From: a virus
Lineage: Duplodnaviria > Heunggongvirae > Uroviricota > Caudoviricetes
DNA: 64,000 bases
Reading direction: 5' to 3' (one strand)
IMG/VR virus record: IMGVR_UViG_3300042400_000444
This document shows positions 10,476 through 19,106 of the stretch, piece by piece (the stretch's first letter is position 1; every line of letters starts with the position of its first letter). A program made the position numbers and the translations under genes. The notes under the pieces were generated by a model. That model made no database searches, was not told where the DNA came from, and saw only the letters and a program-made list of their open reading frames with translations.

Positions 10476-10725
10476 TCCAGTAGACGAATTATTAGAGCAA
10501 TGGGAAGAAATGAAATATTGTTCCTCTCATATTACTCCAACAGATGACATCGACATATTAGATTATATGCGTCGCAAAGGGCAACTTATGGCATATTCAC
10601 AAGAATTGCGCTATGCAAGGTTGCAGAATAATACAGAAGTTGAAGCAGAGTATACAACAAAATTTATAGAAGCATACACTAACTTCAGCAGAGACTTTAT
10701 TTTTAGGATTTTAAAAAATGGCTAG
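10429..10725 (+). CDS. hypothetical protein (start uncertain, possibly ATG at 10459)
   Basis: ORF overlaps the end of uvsY. Confidence 0.3.
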   Translation: MLDCVQQEWKMQQSINPVDELLEQWEEMKYCSSHITPTDDIDILDYMRRKGQLMAYSQELRYARLQNNTEVEAEYTTKFIEAYTNFSRDFIFRILKNG

Positions 10726-11614
10726 ACATGCACTTAGGGTATTAAATCAACTCAGAGAATACGATAGTTTTCTTGACAGTTTACACACAATTGTAGACAT
10801 GGGTTGCGGAACCGGCGAAGACATTACGTGGTGGGCAACATTAGAAACACGTGATGACCCACCAGTACCACACAATTATAATTGTTTTGCTGTTGATCGC
10901 GACCCTGCTAAACTAGATCAAGTGCCTGATCTTAAAAATATACACAAAACTAAACAAGATTTTAATACACGTTGCATACCCGTACAAGCTGATTTAATGT
11001 GGGCACATGATAGTTTACAGTATAGCACTAACCCAATCGAAACATTAAAAGTATGGAATGAGCAAATGAATGTTGATGCTATGCTAGTATTGAGCATACC
11101 GCAACATTCCGGAGTTGCAGACAATAGGTACTATAGTCGTACACATAGCGGATGTTTTCATAACTTTACTCCGACTAGTTTAATTTATATGCTTGCAGTA
11201 AATGGATTTGATTGTAAAGATGCATATATGCTTAAAGAATTTAATGATCCGTGGATTCATATTGCTGTATACAAATCAGATGTTGCACCGAAAGATGCAG
11301 ATACAACGTCGTGGCTTGATTTAATTGATAGTGGATTATTGAATCAGACTGTAATCAATTCAATTACTTCATATGGTTATTTGCGCCAAGAGGATATTTT
11401 ATATCCATGGTTAGATAAAGAGAACTATTTTATTGATTATGTAAGCCAACAGACAGTAATTCCTGCAGAAGCTGTACACAATGATGCTGGTGTAGTTAAT
11501 ACTAAAAAACAAGCCAAAAAATCTACAGTAAAGCAAGCGAAACCAACAAGGGTAGAAACTACAATAGCAAAACCGGTTGGTGTAATGCGTCCACCTAAGA
11601 AAAACTATGATTAA
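10718..11614 (+). CDS. class I SAM-dependent methyltransferase
   Basis: VDMGCGTGED motif I. Confidence 0.6.
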   Translation: MARHALRVLNQLREYDSFLDSLHTIVDMGCGTGEDITWWATLETRDDPPVPHNYNCFAVDRDPAKLDQVPDLKNIHKTKQDFNTRCIPVQADLMWAHDSLQYSTNPIETLKVWNEQMNVDAMLVLSIPQHSGVADNRYYSRTHSGCFHNFTPTSLIYMLAVNGFDCKDAYMLKEFNDPWIHIAVYKSDVAPKDADTTSWLDLIDSGLLNQTVINSITSYGYLRQEDILYPWLDKENYFIDYVSQQTVIPAEAVHNDAGVVNTKKQAKKSTVKQAKPTRVETTIAKPVGVMRPPKKNYD

Positions 11615-12371
11615 TAAAGTTGTACTTGTGACCGGCGGGTTTGACCCGCTTCATTCCGGGCATATAGAATATTTCAAAGCTGCTAAAGCACTTGGCAAGA
11701 TACTTGTTGTTGGTGTGAATAGTGATGCCTGGGTAGCTCGCAAGAAGGGCAGAGCATTTATGCCATCTACTGAACGTATTGCTATTATTGAAAACTTAAA
11801 GATGGTTGATCATTGCATATTGTTTAATGATAATGATAACACAGCCATTGAGGCAATTAATAACGTAAAACTAATGTACCCTAACAGTCAAATTATATTT
11901 GCCAACGGTGGCGACAGAACAGCTAATAATATTCCAGAAATGATAGTCAATGATATAGTATTTAAATTTGGCATCGGCGGCGGTAATAAGCTCAACAGTA
12001 GCAGTTGGATATTAGATGAGTGGAAAGCACCTAAAACTGACCGAGAATGGGGCTATTATCGTGTATTACATGACGTTCCGGGCCTAAAAGTGAAAGAATT
12101 AACCATTGATCCGGGCAAGCGCCTAAGTATGCAGAAACATTACAATAGATCTGAATTATGGTTTATTGCAGATGGTGAGGCAACGGTTAGTGAATATAGC
12201 ATTGTTTATCCAACTGCTCTACAAAATCCACATCTACCTAAACATTCGACCCATCGCATACCAGAAGAACAATGGCATCAACTTGCTAACCCATACGACA
12301 GACCCGTTCGCATAATTGAAATACAATATGGCGATATCTGTGTTGAGGATGACATAGAACGTAAAGCATAA
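11607..12371 (+). CDS. cytidylyltransferase-family nucleotidyltransferase fused to a cupin domain
   Basis: GGFDPLHSGH (HxGH nucleotidyltransferase motif, TagD/RfaE-II family). C-terminal cupin-like segment LSMQKHYNRSELWFIADGEA. Confidence 0.6.
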   Translation: MINKVVLVTGGFDPLHSGHIEYFKAAKALGKILVVGVNSDAWVARKKGRAFMPSTERIAIIENLKMVDHCILFNDNDNTAIEAINNVKLMYPNSQIIFANGGDRTANNIPEMIVNDIVFKFGIGGGNKLNSSSWILDEWKAPKTDREWGYYRVLHDVPGLKVKELTIDPGKRLSMQKHYNRSELWFIADGEATVSEYSIVYPTALQNPHLPKHSTHRIPEEQWHQLANPYDRPVRIIEIQYGDICVEDDIERKA

Positions 12372-12378
12372 ATACACT

Positions 12379-13680
12379 ATGCGCAAATTTATTGACCTTA
12401 TTAAACTAACCGAAGCAATGGCACAACCAACAGTAGACGAATTTGCGTCTATGAAAGCAATCATTGCAGGCAAAATTAAACAATTACCTGATGATGATGA
12501 AACTGCTAAAGCACTTCGCGAAATCGAAGACTTGCTTGCACACGTTGGTGGCGGTGGCACAGGTGGTAAGATTGGTATGATCAATGGCGAACTTGCTAAG
12601 ATTAGCGATCCAACAGTACAAGCCGCACAAAAAGAACTTGCACGTTACATTTTAAGTTTAGATATGACCCCAGCTCAACGTGATGAACTATTTAAACTAT
12701 GGCGCGAAGATAAACTTGTTGACCGTGCTAAACTATTAAGCAAAGGTAAGAAAACATTTGCTGACATTGTTAACAGTTATCACAGCAACCCAGCTATTAA
12801 AGAGCTTACGAATGATTTAATGCGCATAGCTGCATTAGGACAAGGCAAGGGTGAGTTTGCATTATGTGTACTAAGCAAAAGCATCAGCAAACCACCTAAG
12901 GGAGATTTGTTAGTTGATGGCCGCAAGATTGAAGTTAAGACAACAGATGGTGGTGCTGGCCGCTTTACTGACCAAGAAGTACGTCCAGGCAAAGGTTTCG
13001 AACAAGCCGCACGTGAACTAACTGACTTTGTTGTAAACAATGAAGAAACTCCGTTTGCACTTCCTGGAAGTGGATTAAGTCTTGCTTATGCGGCTAAGAT
13101 TGCAAGTCAAATGGCAGACACAGATAAATTTGTTACATTATGTAAAAACGTAATTAATATTATTTTTGATAGTAGTGACACCTCAGCAGTAAACAGAATC
13201 AGCGACGCAATTAAATCAGGTAACGCAGGTGCAGCATTACAAGAATATGCACAACTAAGTTTTAACTATTACATGAGTAAGAAAGACGACGAAGGTGTAT
13301 TATACATTAACGTAACTAAAGACCCGATATCAATGGTTTACTTTGTTGATGCAAGCGAACTAGCAGCAAGTGGTCTACGTCTACATGCCGGTACAGTATA
13401 CATTACAAGTGTTGATGATATACGTCTACCTTACCCGCAGATGGAGATTGTTGATACTACGTTTGGTGCTAATGCCGCAGCCGCAACAGCTAAAAAAGCC
13501 GCAACCGCAGAAAAGAAAGCTGCCAAGGCAACAGCAGATGCAATACGTAAACAAGTAGATGGAACCACTCCTACCACAGGGCTGACTCCTCCTGGTGCAG
13601 TATCTACTCCTGCTACGGTCATTGACCGTGCTACTCGTCCAGGTTCACAAATATCCGAACATAGGCGAGAAAGACGTTGA
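12379..13680 (+). CDS. hypothetical protein with possible PD-(D/E)xK-like motif and A/K/T-rich basic tail
   Basis: 433 aa. GDLLVDGRKIEVK is a D...ExK pattern. The C-terminal AAAATAKKAATAEKKAAKATA tract is histone-H1-like. Confidence 0.5.
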   Translation: MRKFIDLIKLTEAMAQPTVDEFASMKAIIAGKIKQLPDDDETAKALREIEDLLAHVGGGGTGGKIGMINGELAKISDPTVQAAQKELARYILSLDMTPAQRDELFKLWREDKLVDRAKLLSKGKKTFADIVNSYHSNPAIKELTNDLMRIAALGQGKGEFALCVLSKSISKPPKGDLLVDGRKIEVKTTDGGAGRFTDQEVRPGKGFEQAARELTDFVVNNEETPFALPGSGLSLAYAAKIASQMADTDKFVTLCKNVINIIFDSSDTSAVNRISDAIKSGNAGAALQEYAQLSFNYYMSKKDDEGVLYINVTKDPISMVYFVDASELAASGLRLHAGTVYITSVDDIRLPYPQMEIVDTTFGANAAAATAKKAATAEKKAAKATADAIRKQVDGTTPTTGLTPPGAVSTPATVIDRATRPGSQISEHRRERR

Positions 13681-13737
13681 CATTCAGGTAATTCCGTGTT
13701 ACAATAGTACTTTAAATAACAACTTAGGGTATATATT

Positions 13738-14007
13738 ATGGCAAACAAAATAGCGTCAGTTGAAAAATACAACATTGATAACTGTGATGCTGTATTTGGT
13801 GGTAATCGATTCCAATTAATTTTAGCCGCAGGTGTTCGAGCACATGAGATTGCAAAAGCTCGTGTAACTGCATCACGTAACGCAGGAACAATTGCAGATC
13901 AACCTAAGTATGCAAATCTTCCAGCAGTGCAAGCATTGCTTGATGTAGAAGCAGGTACCTGTGGTGTAGAATACTTAACTAAAGTCGGCAAGCAAATAAG
14001 ACAATAA
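13738..14007 (+). CDS. rpoZ: RNA polymerase omega subunit (RpoZ)-like protein
   Basis: NRFQLILAAGVRAHEIA matches the RpoZ core NRFDLVLVAARRARQ. 89 aa, typical RpoZ size. RBS present. Confidence 0.5.
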   Translation: MANKIASVEKYNIDNCDAVFGGNRFQLILAAGVRAHEIAKARVTASRNAGTIADQPKYANLPAVQALLDVEAGTCGVEYLTKVGKQIRQ

Positions 14008-14014
14008 TTTATCC

Positions 14015-14089
14015 GGGCCTGTAGCTTAATGGTAAAGCGGAGAACTCATAATTCTAGGAGTGCTAGTTCAATTCTAGCCAGGCCCACCA
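14015..14089 (+). tRNA. tRNA-Met/Ile2 (anticodon CAT)
   Basis: 7-bp acceptor GGGCCTG/CAGGCCC, D-arm GCTT..AAGC, anticodon loop CTCATAA, T-loop TTCAATT, encoded CCA. Confidence 0.75.
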
Positions 14090-14098
14090 AACAACACT

Positions 14099-14173
14099 AC
14101 CCCGGTGGTCCAAGGAATGGGCACCGTTCTTCTAAAGCGGCTTATATTGGTTTGAATCCAATCCGGGGTACCA
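14099..14173 (+). tRNA. tRNA-Arg (anticodon TCT)
   Basis: Acceptor ACCCCGG/CCGGGGT, anticodon loop CTTCTAA, T-arm ATTGG-TTTGAAT-CCAAT, CCA. Confidence 0.7.
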
Positions 14174-14196
14174 ATATTTAAATATAAGGAAATATA

Positions 14197-14397
14197 ATGT
14201 CAGATTTAAATGAATATGATTATGAACAAGCAATGGCAGAATTTTTAGCTAACGGTGGCGAAGTAAAACAAATCGCCCGTGGCGTACAAAGTGAAACAGC
14301 AACAACAAACTTCTGGGGTGCACCAAAGAAAAAAGCCGCAGTAGAAGCAGTAAGTGAACTGGGCGATACTGCTGGAATTGACATAAACGATGTTTAG
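14197..14397 (+). CDS. hypothetical small protein
   Basis: 66-aa ORF with RBS AAGGAAATATAATG. Confidence 0.35.
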   Translation: MSDLNEYDYEQAMAEFLANGGEVKQIARGVQSETATTNFWGAPKKKAAVEAVSELGDTAGIDINDV

Positions 14398-15124
14398 CTT
14401 TTTTAAAAAGAAACTAATATTGGTCGGCAGTCGTCATAACTTGTCGGATATCAGCGTAATTGCGACAATGAATAATTATAAGATTGTTGGAATATTAGAT
14501 AAACATTATTGGGGCAATACTCCGGAGATTTGTGGTATTCCTGTGATAGGGTCTGAAGAGGAATTACTAGTACCTAATAATAAATGGGCAAAGTGTAATT
14601 TCTTTCCAGCAAATTGGTGGGATGGTAAACAAGCACGTGGACAAGAGTTTGATGCAGATGCACTTAGACGAGACCGATTGGAGTTACTCGACAAGTCTGG
14701 AGTCAATGTAGTGAATTTAATATCGAAAGAAGTGCATTGGTTTCATAATAAATCAAATTTAGTAATGGGTAAGGGAATATTAATTTTAAGTAATTCTAGC
14801 ATAGGCGAGAATATAACTATAGGCGACTACAGTGTAATTGATTGGGACGTTCGAATAAACAATACTGAGATTGGCCGTAATAGTATTGTTGGTACAGGAA
14901 GTTTATTGGCGCATGTTAAGGTTGGTGATAATGTTCGTATAGGTGCTAGGTGTACATTGATACCTAGTAGAAAAAAAGACTTGCTCACGATAGGAAATAA
15001 TGCTATTATATATCTTGTTAGTTTAGTATTAGATGACGTTGCAGAGAATGGAATTTATACAATGCACGGTAAAACTAGACAAAGATTCAAAAAATCACCG
15101 GATATAACACCGGTTCAAAAATAA
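14390..15124 (+). CDS. hexapeptide-repeat (left-handed beta-helix) acetyltransferase, NeuD/PglD-like
   Basis: C-terminal [IV]G..x repeats (IGENITIGDYSVIDWDVRINNTEIGRNSIVG...VKVGDNVRIGARCTL). N-terminal Rossmann-like region. Confidence 0.6.
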   Translation: MFSFFKKKLILVGSRHNLSDISVIATMNNYKIVGILDKHYWGNTPEICGIPVIGSEEELLVPNNKWAKCNFFPANWWDGKQARGQEFDADALRRDRLELLDKSGVNVVNLISKEVHWFHNKSNLVMGKGILILSNSSIGENITIGDYSVIDWDVRINNTEIGRNSIVGTGSLLAHVKVGDNVRIGARCTLIPSRKKDLLTIGNNAIIYLVSLVLDDVAENGIYTMHGKTRQRFKKSPDITPVQK

Positions 15125-15149
15125 AAGATAAATAATTAGATAAAGTGCT

Positions 15150-15178
15150 TGACAAAGATATAAATAGAATATATAATA
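15150..15178 (+). promoter_or_regulatory. sigma70-type promoter
   Basis: TTGACA-N17-TATAAT (cttgacaaagatataaatagaatatataat). Confidence 0.5.
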
Positions 15179-15378
15179 GCAGCATAGTAAGAAATTAATT
15201 AAAGGATACGAACGCAAAATGTTTAAAACGTGTAATCAATTTAAGAAATCACCGGTGCAGATACTTGCCACGATGTCTTATTGGTCAGCGATTGAGACAT
15301 TAGGCAGTAATGATCGTACACCGCATAATGAGGGTTTAAGTTAACGTTTATTTTTATATCATAAATGAATTTTTACTT

Positions 15379-15411
15379 AAACCCTAGGATTAATACTTCT
15401 AGGGTTTTTTG
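15379..15411 (+). terminator. rho-independent terminator
   Basis: AAACCCTAGG...CTAGGGTTTTTTG. Confidence 0.65.
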
Positions 15412-15428
15412 CATTTAAGGAGCCGAAG

Positions 15429-15557
15429 ATGGATAAAAAACAAATTGTTCAGAAGCCGACTCCAGAACAAAGGATTGTGCAGTTAGAACAAAAATTAGAA
15501 AGGGTAACAAAACTATTAACAGAAAACGTTAATCTTTTAAAGAAACTTTCTAAGTAG
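15429..15557 (+). CDS. small ORF (42 aa)
   Basis: RBS AAGGAGCCGAAGATG. Lys/Glu-rich, helical-looking. Confidence 0.3.
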   Translation: MDKKQIVQKPTPEQRIVQLEQKLERVTKLLTENVNLLKKLSK

Positions 15558-15766
15558 CAGTACGTGGCATGCGAAACGAGCTCGCGGCACACACGTTAAA
15601 TAGGCAAAGGGGCGGACAAGTGGATGGCATGTTCTTATGTGAACAGAAAATACTTGTTATAATAAAGTACACTAATCGGCAACTAGGTCCCATGCAACGT
15701 GGACTATGTCTTAGGCGAGTAATTAGTGTACTTTATTATACGCATTCATATGAGTGCGTTAACAGT

Positions 15767-15849
15767 TTGTAGATAGTCCTGTTGGGCCAGGAGCCTAGTC
15801 ATGCTAGGTCAAGATCGCAACTTGTTGGGTTCGATTCCCAGTCTACAAT
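15767..15849 (+). tRNA. tRNA-like with apparent CAT anticodon and a long variable arm; no encoded CCA
   Basis: Perfect 7-bp acceptor TTGTAGA/TCTACAA. T-arm TTGGG-TTCGATT-CCCAG. Anticodon arm GCCTA-GTCATGC-TAGGT. 15-nt variable arm CAAG-ATCGCAA-CTTG. Confidence 0.45.
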
Positions 15850-15851
15850 TT

Positions 15852-15896
15852 AACAGGGCTCCTATCTATTGCCTACGGGGATAGCTTAGGAGTTAT
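15852..15896 (+). terminator. imperfect long hairpin followed by a T-rich tract (possible terminator or processing site)
   Basis: GCTCCTATCTAT...ATAGCTTAGGAG stem followed by TTATTTTATAA. Confidence 0.35.
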
Positions 15897-15903
15897 TTTA
15901 TAA

Positions 15904-15981
15904 CTCTCGTTCGCCTAGTCTGGTATGGCACTTGCTTTGGGAGCAAGAAGAACGTAGGTTCAAATCCTACACGAGAGACCA
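15904..15981 (+). tRNA. tRNA-Pro (anticodon TGG)
   Basis: Acceptor CTCTCGT/ACGAGAG, anticodon arm CTTGC-TTTGGGA-GCAAG, T-arm GTAGG-TTCAAAT-CCTAC, CCA. Confidence 0.7.
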
Positions 15982-16044
15982 ATTGTTACAACCGCTGATT
16001 TAAACTTAATTGCAGGCGGATAAAATGCTAAAGGAGGATTAATC

Positions 16045-16107
16045 ATGAACGAACATGATGTTGAGACATGGGGCTTTGGCTTCCCATCTTACGCAAGACA
16101 AAAATAG
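16045..16107 (+). CDS. 20-aa peptide ORF (MNEHDVETWGFGFPSYARQK) with a near-perfect Shine-Dalgarno sequence
   Basis: AAAGGAGG-N7-ATG. Convergent with, and 16 bp from, the 3' end of the class B radical-SAM gene. Confidence 0.3.
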   Translation: MNEHDVETWGFGFPSYARQK

Positions 16108-16122
16108 TACAGAGTAGTTAAG

Positions 16123-18192
16123 TTAACATGAACTAATAGGGATATATTTTTTCTCTTTAGCAGTTTGTTCTAATAGTAGTTTATTTTTTGCTCGGGTCTC
16201 GGAAGAGATAGTTTCGATACAGTTATCGACCCAGCCAGATTGACTTTCGGTAACAATAGTAGCATGAGTACTTTCTTTAGTCCAATAACCAGTACCGGCC
16301 CACTCAAAGTTAAAACTTTTAGTACCAGTCATCCATGGTTCGCCGGGGTGTACTAGTTTGTGTGTAAAGTTACCTGAGAATTTACCAGCATCGTCAATTT
16401 TAAATTGAATAGTATATGCGTGGTCGTCACAGGCTAACATAGATCCGAATTCTGCATGGTCTATTTGTTTATCGGCTGTTTGATTAAATTCAAACCCGCC
16501 TTTGATTAACCATACCATTCTAAGGAAATGCCATATTTCGTTAACGATGCTATTAGCAAATGGTCCTAAGTTAGTGTTAATGATATTAAAATTAAATTCT
16601 TCGTTATCTATAGTGTCAACTGCATATGATGGATTATTAAATTCTATATTATAAAAATTTAATAAATTTGGTCTGTAATGACCATTTATAATATAATCGC
16701 CGTGCTGTTTGCACAGCGTCAACCAGATATTAAGTAATTTTAATCTTATAAGTTTAGATGCTTTATTGTTAGACCAATCCAACGACCACCACCAACCTTC
16801 GTAACGATTATCGGTGGGGCTTACGTCGTAGCGTTGGCGGTTAAATCCGAAATCAGATTGGTCGTTATCGCCAAAGGTCATACCTGGAGATATAACTTGA
16901 ATATTATTTCGATTGTTCCATAGCAACGATAAACTATGTGCAGATGCAATGGCATCTTCATTAGGAAATCCAACAATCCAGTTAACTAGTACCATAATGT
17001 TAGCAGATCTACAATCTTTAAGATTATTGTTAATTTCGTCAAGTGTGATTTTTTTATTCATTAAGTCTAGTACTTTTTGACTACCACTTTCGACCCCAAA
17101 ACTTAGATGTTCGCAACCACTTTGTTGCAACTCAATGAAATAGTCAAGGTCCATACGTCCGTCGCATCGAGCATAACCCATCCATCGGATGTGTAATTGT
17201 TTTTCGATTACTCCTGATGCAAATGCACGTAGTTCTTTAAGATTGCCATTTACGAGGCTGTCGATGAACCATAACGTTTTTACACCGTATGTTTTTACTT
17301 GAAATTCAACTTCGTCTAACAGCGTATGTGCTTGCCTATCGCGAAATTTCCAGAACCAAGTTTCTGTACAAAAACTACATTGGGCAACACACCCCCTGCT
17401 TAGTTCTGCACTGACACCATTGGACGTTTTGTAAATAGATAAATCGTAATCTGTGTAATCGGGCATTGGCAACGTATCTAGATTAAGTCTGGTATTACTA
17501 TACGTTGCTCCTAGTTTAACAGGCATTTCAATGTTGTTTTCGATATTATCTAATATATCTAGGATAGCTTGTTCGCCTTCGCCAGTTACCCAATGGTCAA
17601 CTCCGTCCATTGGTACAAAATGTGGGTCGTGGCATGAGGGCCCACCGACAATAATTTTTATATTAGGTAATCGTTTTTTTAATTCGGCAATTACAAATTT
17701 AGTTGGTTCGATGTTTGTATCGTATAAGCTAAAGCCTACAACAGTTGGGGAACTATCGATAATTTGTGATATGTATTTGATTAGGTATGGGTGTAGTGTA
17801 GGATGGAGTTTTTCATAATAGTCCAACCCTAACCACCACCAGTATTTTGCAGAATCCCATGCATCATCTAAATTAACAGATTTTAACTCGCGATACAATT
17901 CTCCGTTAAAATCGAATATGCTAGTAGCATATCCAGCGGCACGGGTTACAGCACTTAACCTAGCTAAATTATATGGAGGAAAATAAACACCCCAGCACCC
18001 TAATAGGCAGAGAGTAAATTTAATTTTTCGGGTAGCTGTAGTGGTTTGTAAATTTTGAAAATTCCTGCGTTGCCGAGGCACAGCATCTTGATCTTGTTTG
18101 GTTAATAAATTTTCAGCAATCCAGGCGTGTTTATCGGGGATGTCGGGTTGAGTAGTCATACAAATATTTATAGTAATAAAAGAGGTTGACAA
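16123..18192 (-). CDS. B12-binding-domain (class B) radical SAM enzyme
   Basis: 689 aa. SRGCVAQCSFC is a CxxxCxxC motif. The preceding Rossmann-like VVGFSLYDT...IIVGGP is typical of the cobalamin-binding domain of class B rSAMs. The only large minus-strand gene in the window. Confidence 0.85.
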   Translation of the reverse strand: MSTSFITINICMTTQPDIPDKHAWIAENLLTKQDQDAVPRQRRNFQNLQTTTATRKIKFTLCLLGCWGVYFPPYNLARLSAVTRAAGYATSIFDFNGELYRELKSVNLDDAWDSAKYWWWLGLDYYEKLHPTLHPYLIKYISQIIDSSPTVVGFSLYDTNIEPTKFVIAELKKRLPNIKIIVGGPSCHDPHFVPMDGVDHWVTGEGEQAILDILDNIENNIEMPVKLGATYSNTRLNLDTLPMPDYTDYDLSIYKTSNGVSAELSRGCVAQCSFCTETWFWKFRDRQAHTLLDEVEFQVKTYGVKTLWFIDSLVNGNLKELRAFASGVIEKQLHIRWMGYARCDGRMDLDYFIELQQSGCEHLSFGVESGSQKVLDLMNKKITLDEINNNLKDCRSANIMVLVNWIVGFPNEDAIASAHSLSLLWNNRNNIQVISPGMTFGDNDQSDFGFNRQRYDVSPTDNRYEGWWWSLDWSNNKASKLIRLKLLNIWLTLCKQHGDYIINGHYRPNLLNFYNIEFNNPSYAVDTIDNEEFNFNIINTNLGPFANSIVNEIWHFLRMVWLIKGGFEFNQTADKQIDHAEFGSMLACDDHAYTIQFKIDDAGKFSGNFTHKLVHPGEPWMTGTKSFNFEWAGTGYWTKESTHATIVTESQSGWVDNCIETISSETRAKNKLLLEQTAKEKKYIPISSC

Positions 18193-18213
18193 ATAAATTA
18201 AAGAGTGTATAAT
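18186..18213 (+). promoter_or_regulatory. sigma70-type promoter driving the start of the tRNA island
   Basis: TTGACA-N16-TATAAT. Confidence 0.55.
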
Positions 18214-18264
18214 AGCATTTGAAGTTAAGTAATACGCTCTTTAACAGTTTAGAAGTAGTACAAT

Positions 18265-18339
18265 ATCGCTATAGTTTATCGGTTAGAACAACAGGTTTTC
18301 ATCCTGTCGGGCGGAGTTCGACTCTCCGTAGCGATACCA
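18265..18339 (+). tRNA. tRNA-Glu (anticodon TTC)
   Basis: Acceptor ATCGCTA/TAGCGAT, anticodon arm ACAGG-TTTTCAT-CCTGT, T-arm CGGAG-TTCGACT-CTCCG, CCA. Confidence 0.7.
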
Positions 18340-19020
18340 TATTAAAGCACATTGTGAAGCACTATGTAAATAGTATCACGAGGGCCATGTAGTGAGAAGG
18401 CAGTAGCCAAGTCTGGGAAGGCAACTTGTTCGGGATGGAGTCTATAGGTAGGAAGTCATGATCCTACTGGACCGAGTCAGCAAGTCATACGTAGGTTCAA
18501 ATCCTACCTGCTAACATAATGTTTCACAGTGTGCTTTAATATGGTAGTATCAGTTATATGTGAGTCATACACGGGACTGGCGTAAGAAACACATTGGGGC
18601 TCGGAACCCCTGCACATATAACACAATGACACAAAGGTAGTTGCAATCTACCCGGCGTGGTCGCAGACGTATACGGTCTTTTCCGTTCAATTCGGAGTGT
18701 TATTGGATATACCATATAAAAACACATTCTTCAAAGAATACAGGGTTCAATTCCCGGCCGTTGATCACGGAACTGCCAAGGTGGTGAGTGTGTTTCTATA
18801 TGGTAGTAATGGCAGAGGCAAGGATTAATTACCCATGCTGAGCGACCTGGAAGCGGGTGGACAAACGTGACTGTGGGCCACTAAGGTAGTCAACATTACT
18901 CGCCATATAAAAGCACACTTAATGCGTAGGCCACGCAGAGTCATGGATGATAGCATTGCCCCGTAAGGAGCAGTGTCGGTGGGTTCAATTCCCGCATAGT
19001 GTGTTTCTATATGGTTATAT
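18336..19020 (+). repeat. non-coding block with three nested pairs of ~25-bp inverted repeats flanking short tRNA-fragment-like segments
   Basis: Arm consensus ACCATAT(A/T)AAA(G/A)CACA / TGTGTTTCTATATGGT. Plus-sense arms at 18336, 18708, 18903; reverse arms at 18520, 18781, 18993. No ORF of 60 aa or more on either strand. Confidence 0.5.
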
Positions 19021-19106
19021 GCTGTCGCGGTGCAGTAGGAGAGGCACGCTGGTCTGTAAAATCAGTCCCACTGGGTGAATAGGTTCGATTCCTATAGGCA
19101 GCACCA
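19021..19106 (+). tRNA. tRNA-Tyr (anticodon GTA), type II
   Basis: Acceptor GCTGTCG/AGGCAGC (6/7 pairs). Anticodon arm CTGGT-CTGTAAA-ATCAG. Long variable arm TCCCACTGGGTGA. T-arm ATAGG-TTCGATT-CCTAT. CCA. Confidence 0.65.

Noticed and set aside
13370-13775. ORFs 13370-13558 (+) and 13431-13775 (-)
   Set aside because: Lie inside or antisense to the 12379-13680 gene in its GC-rich A/K-tail-coding region. Repetitive Q/P/L or A-rich artefacts.
15569-15772. 67-aa ORF
   Set aside because: No RBS. Runs into the 5' end of the tRNA-like gene at 15767. Composition atypical.
18336-19020. Possible CRISPR array
   Set aside because: The repeats are inverted rather than direct, irregularly spaced, of unequal length, and associated with tRNA-like hairpins. 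No cas genes in the window.
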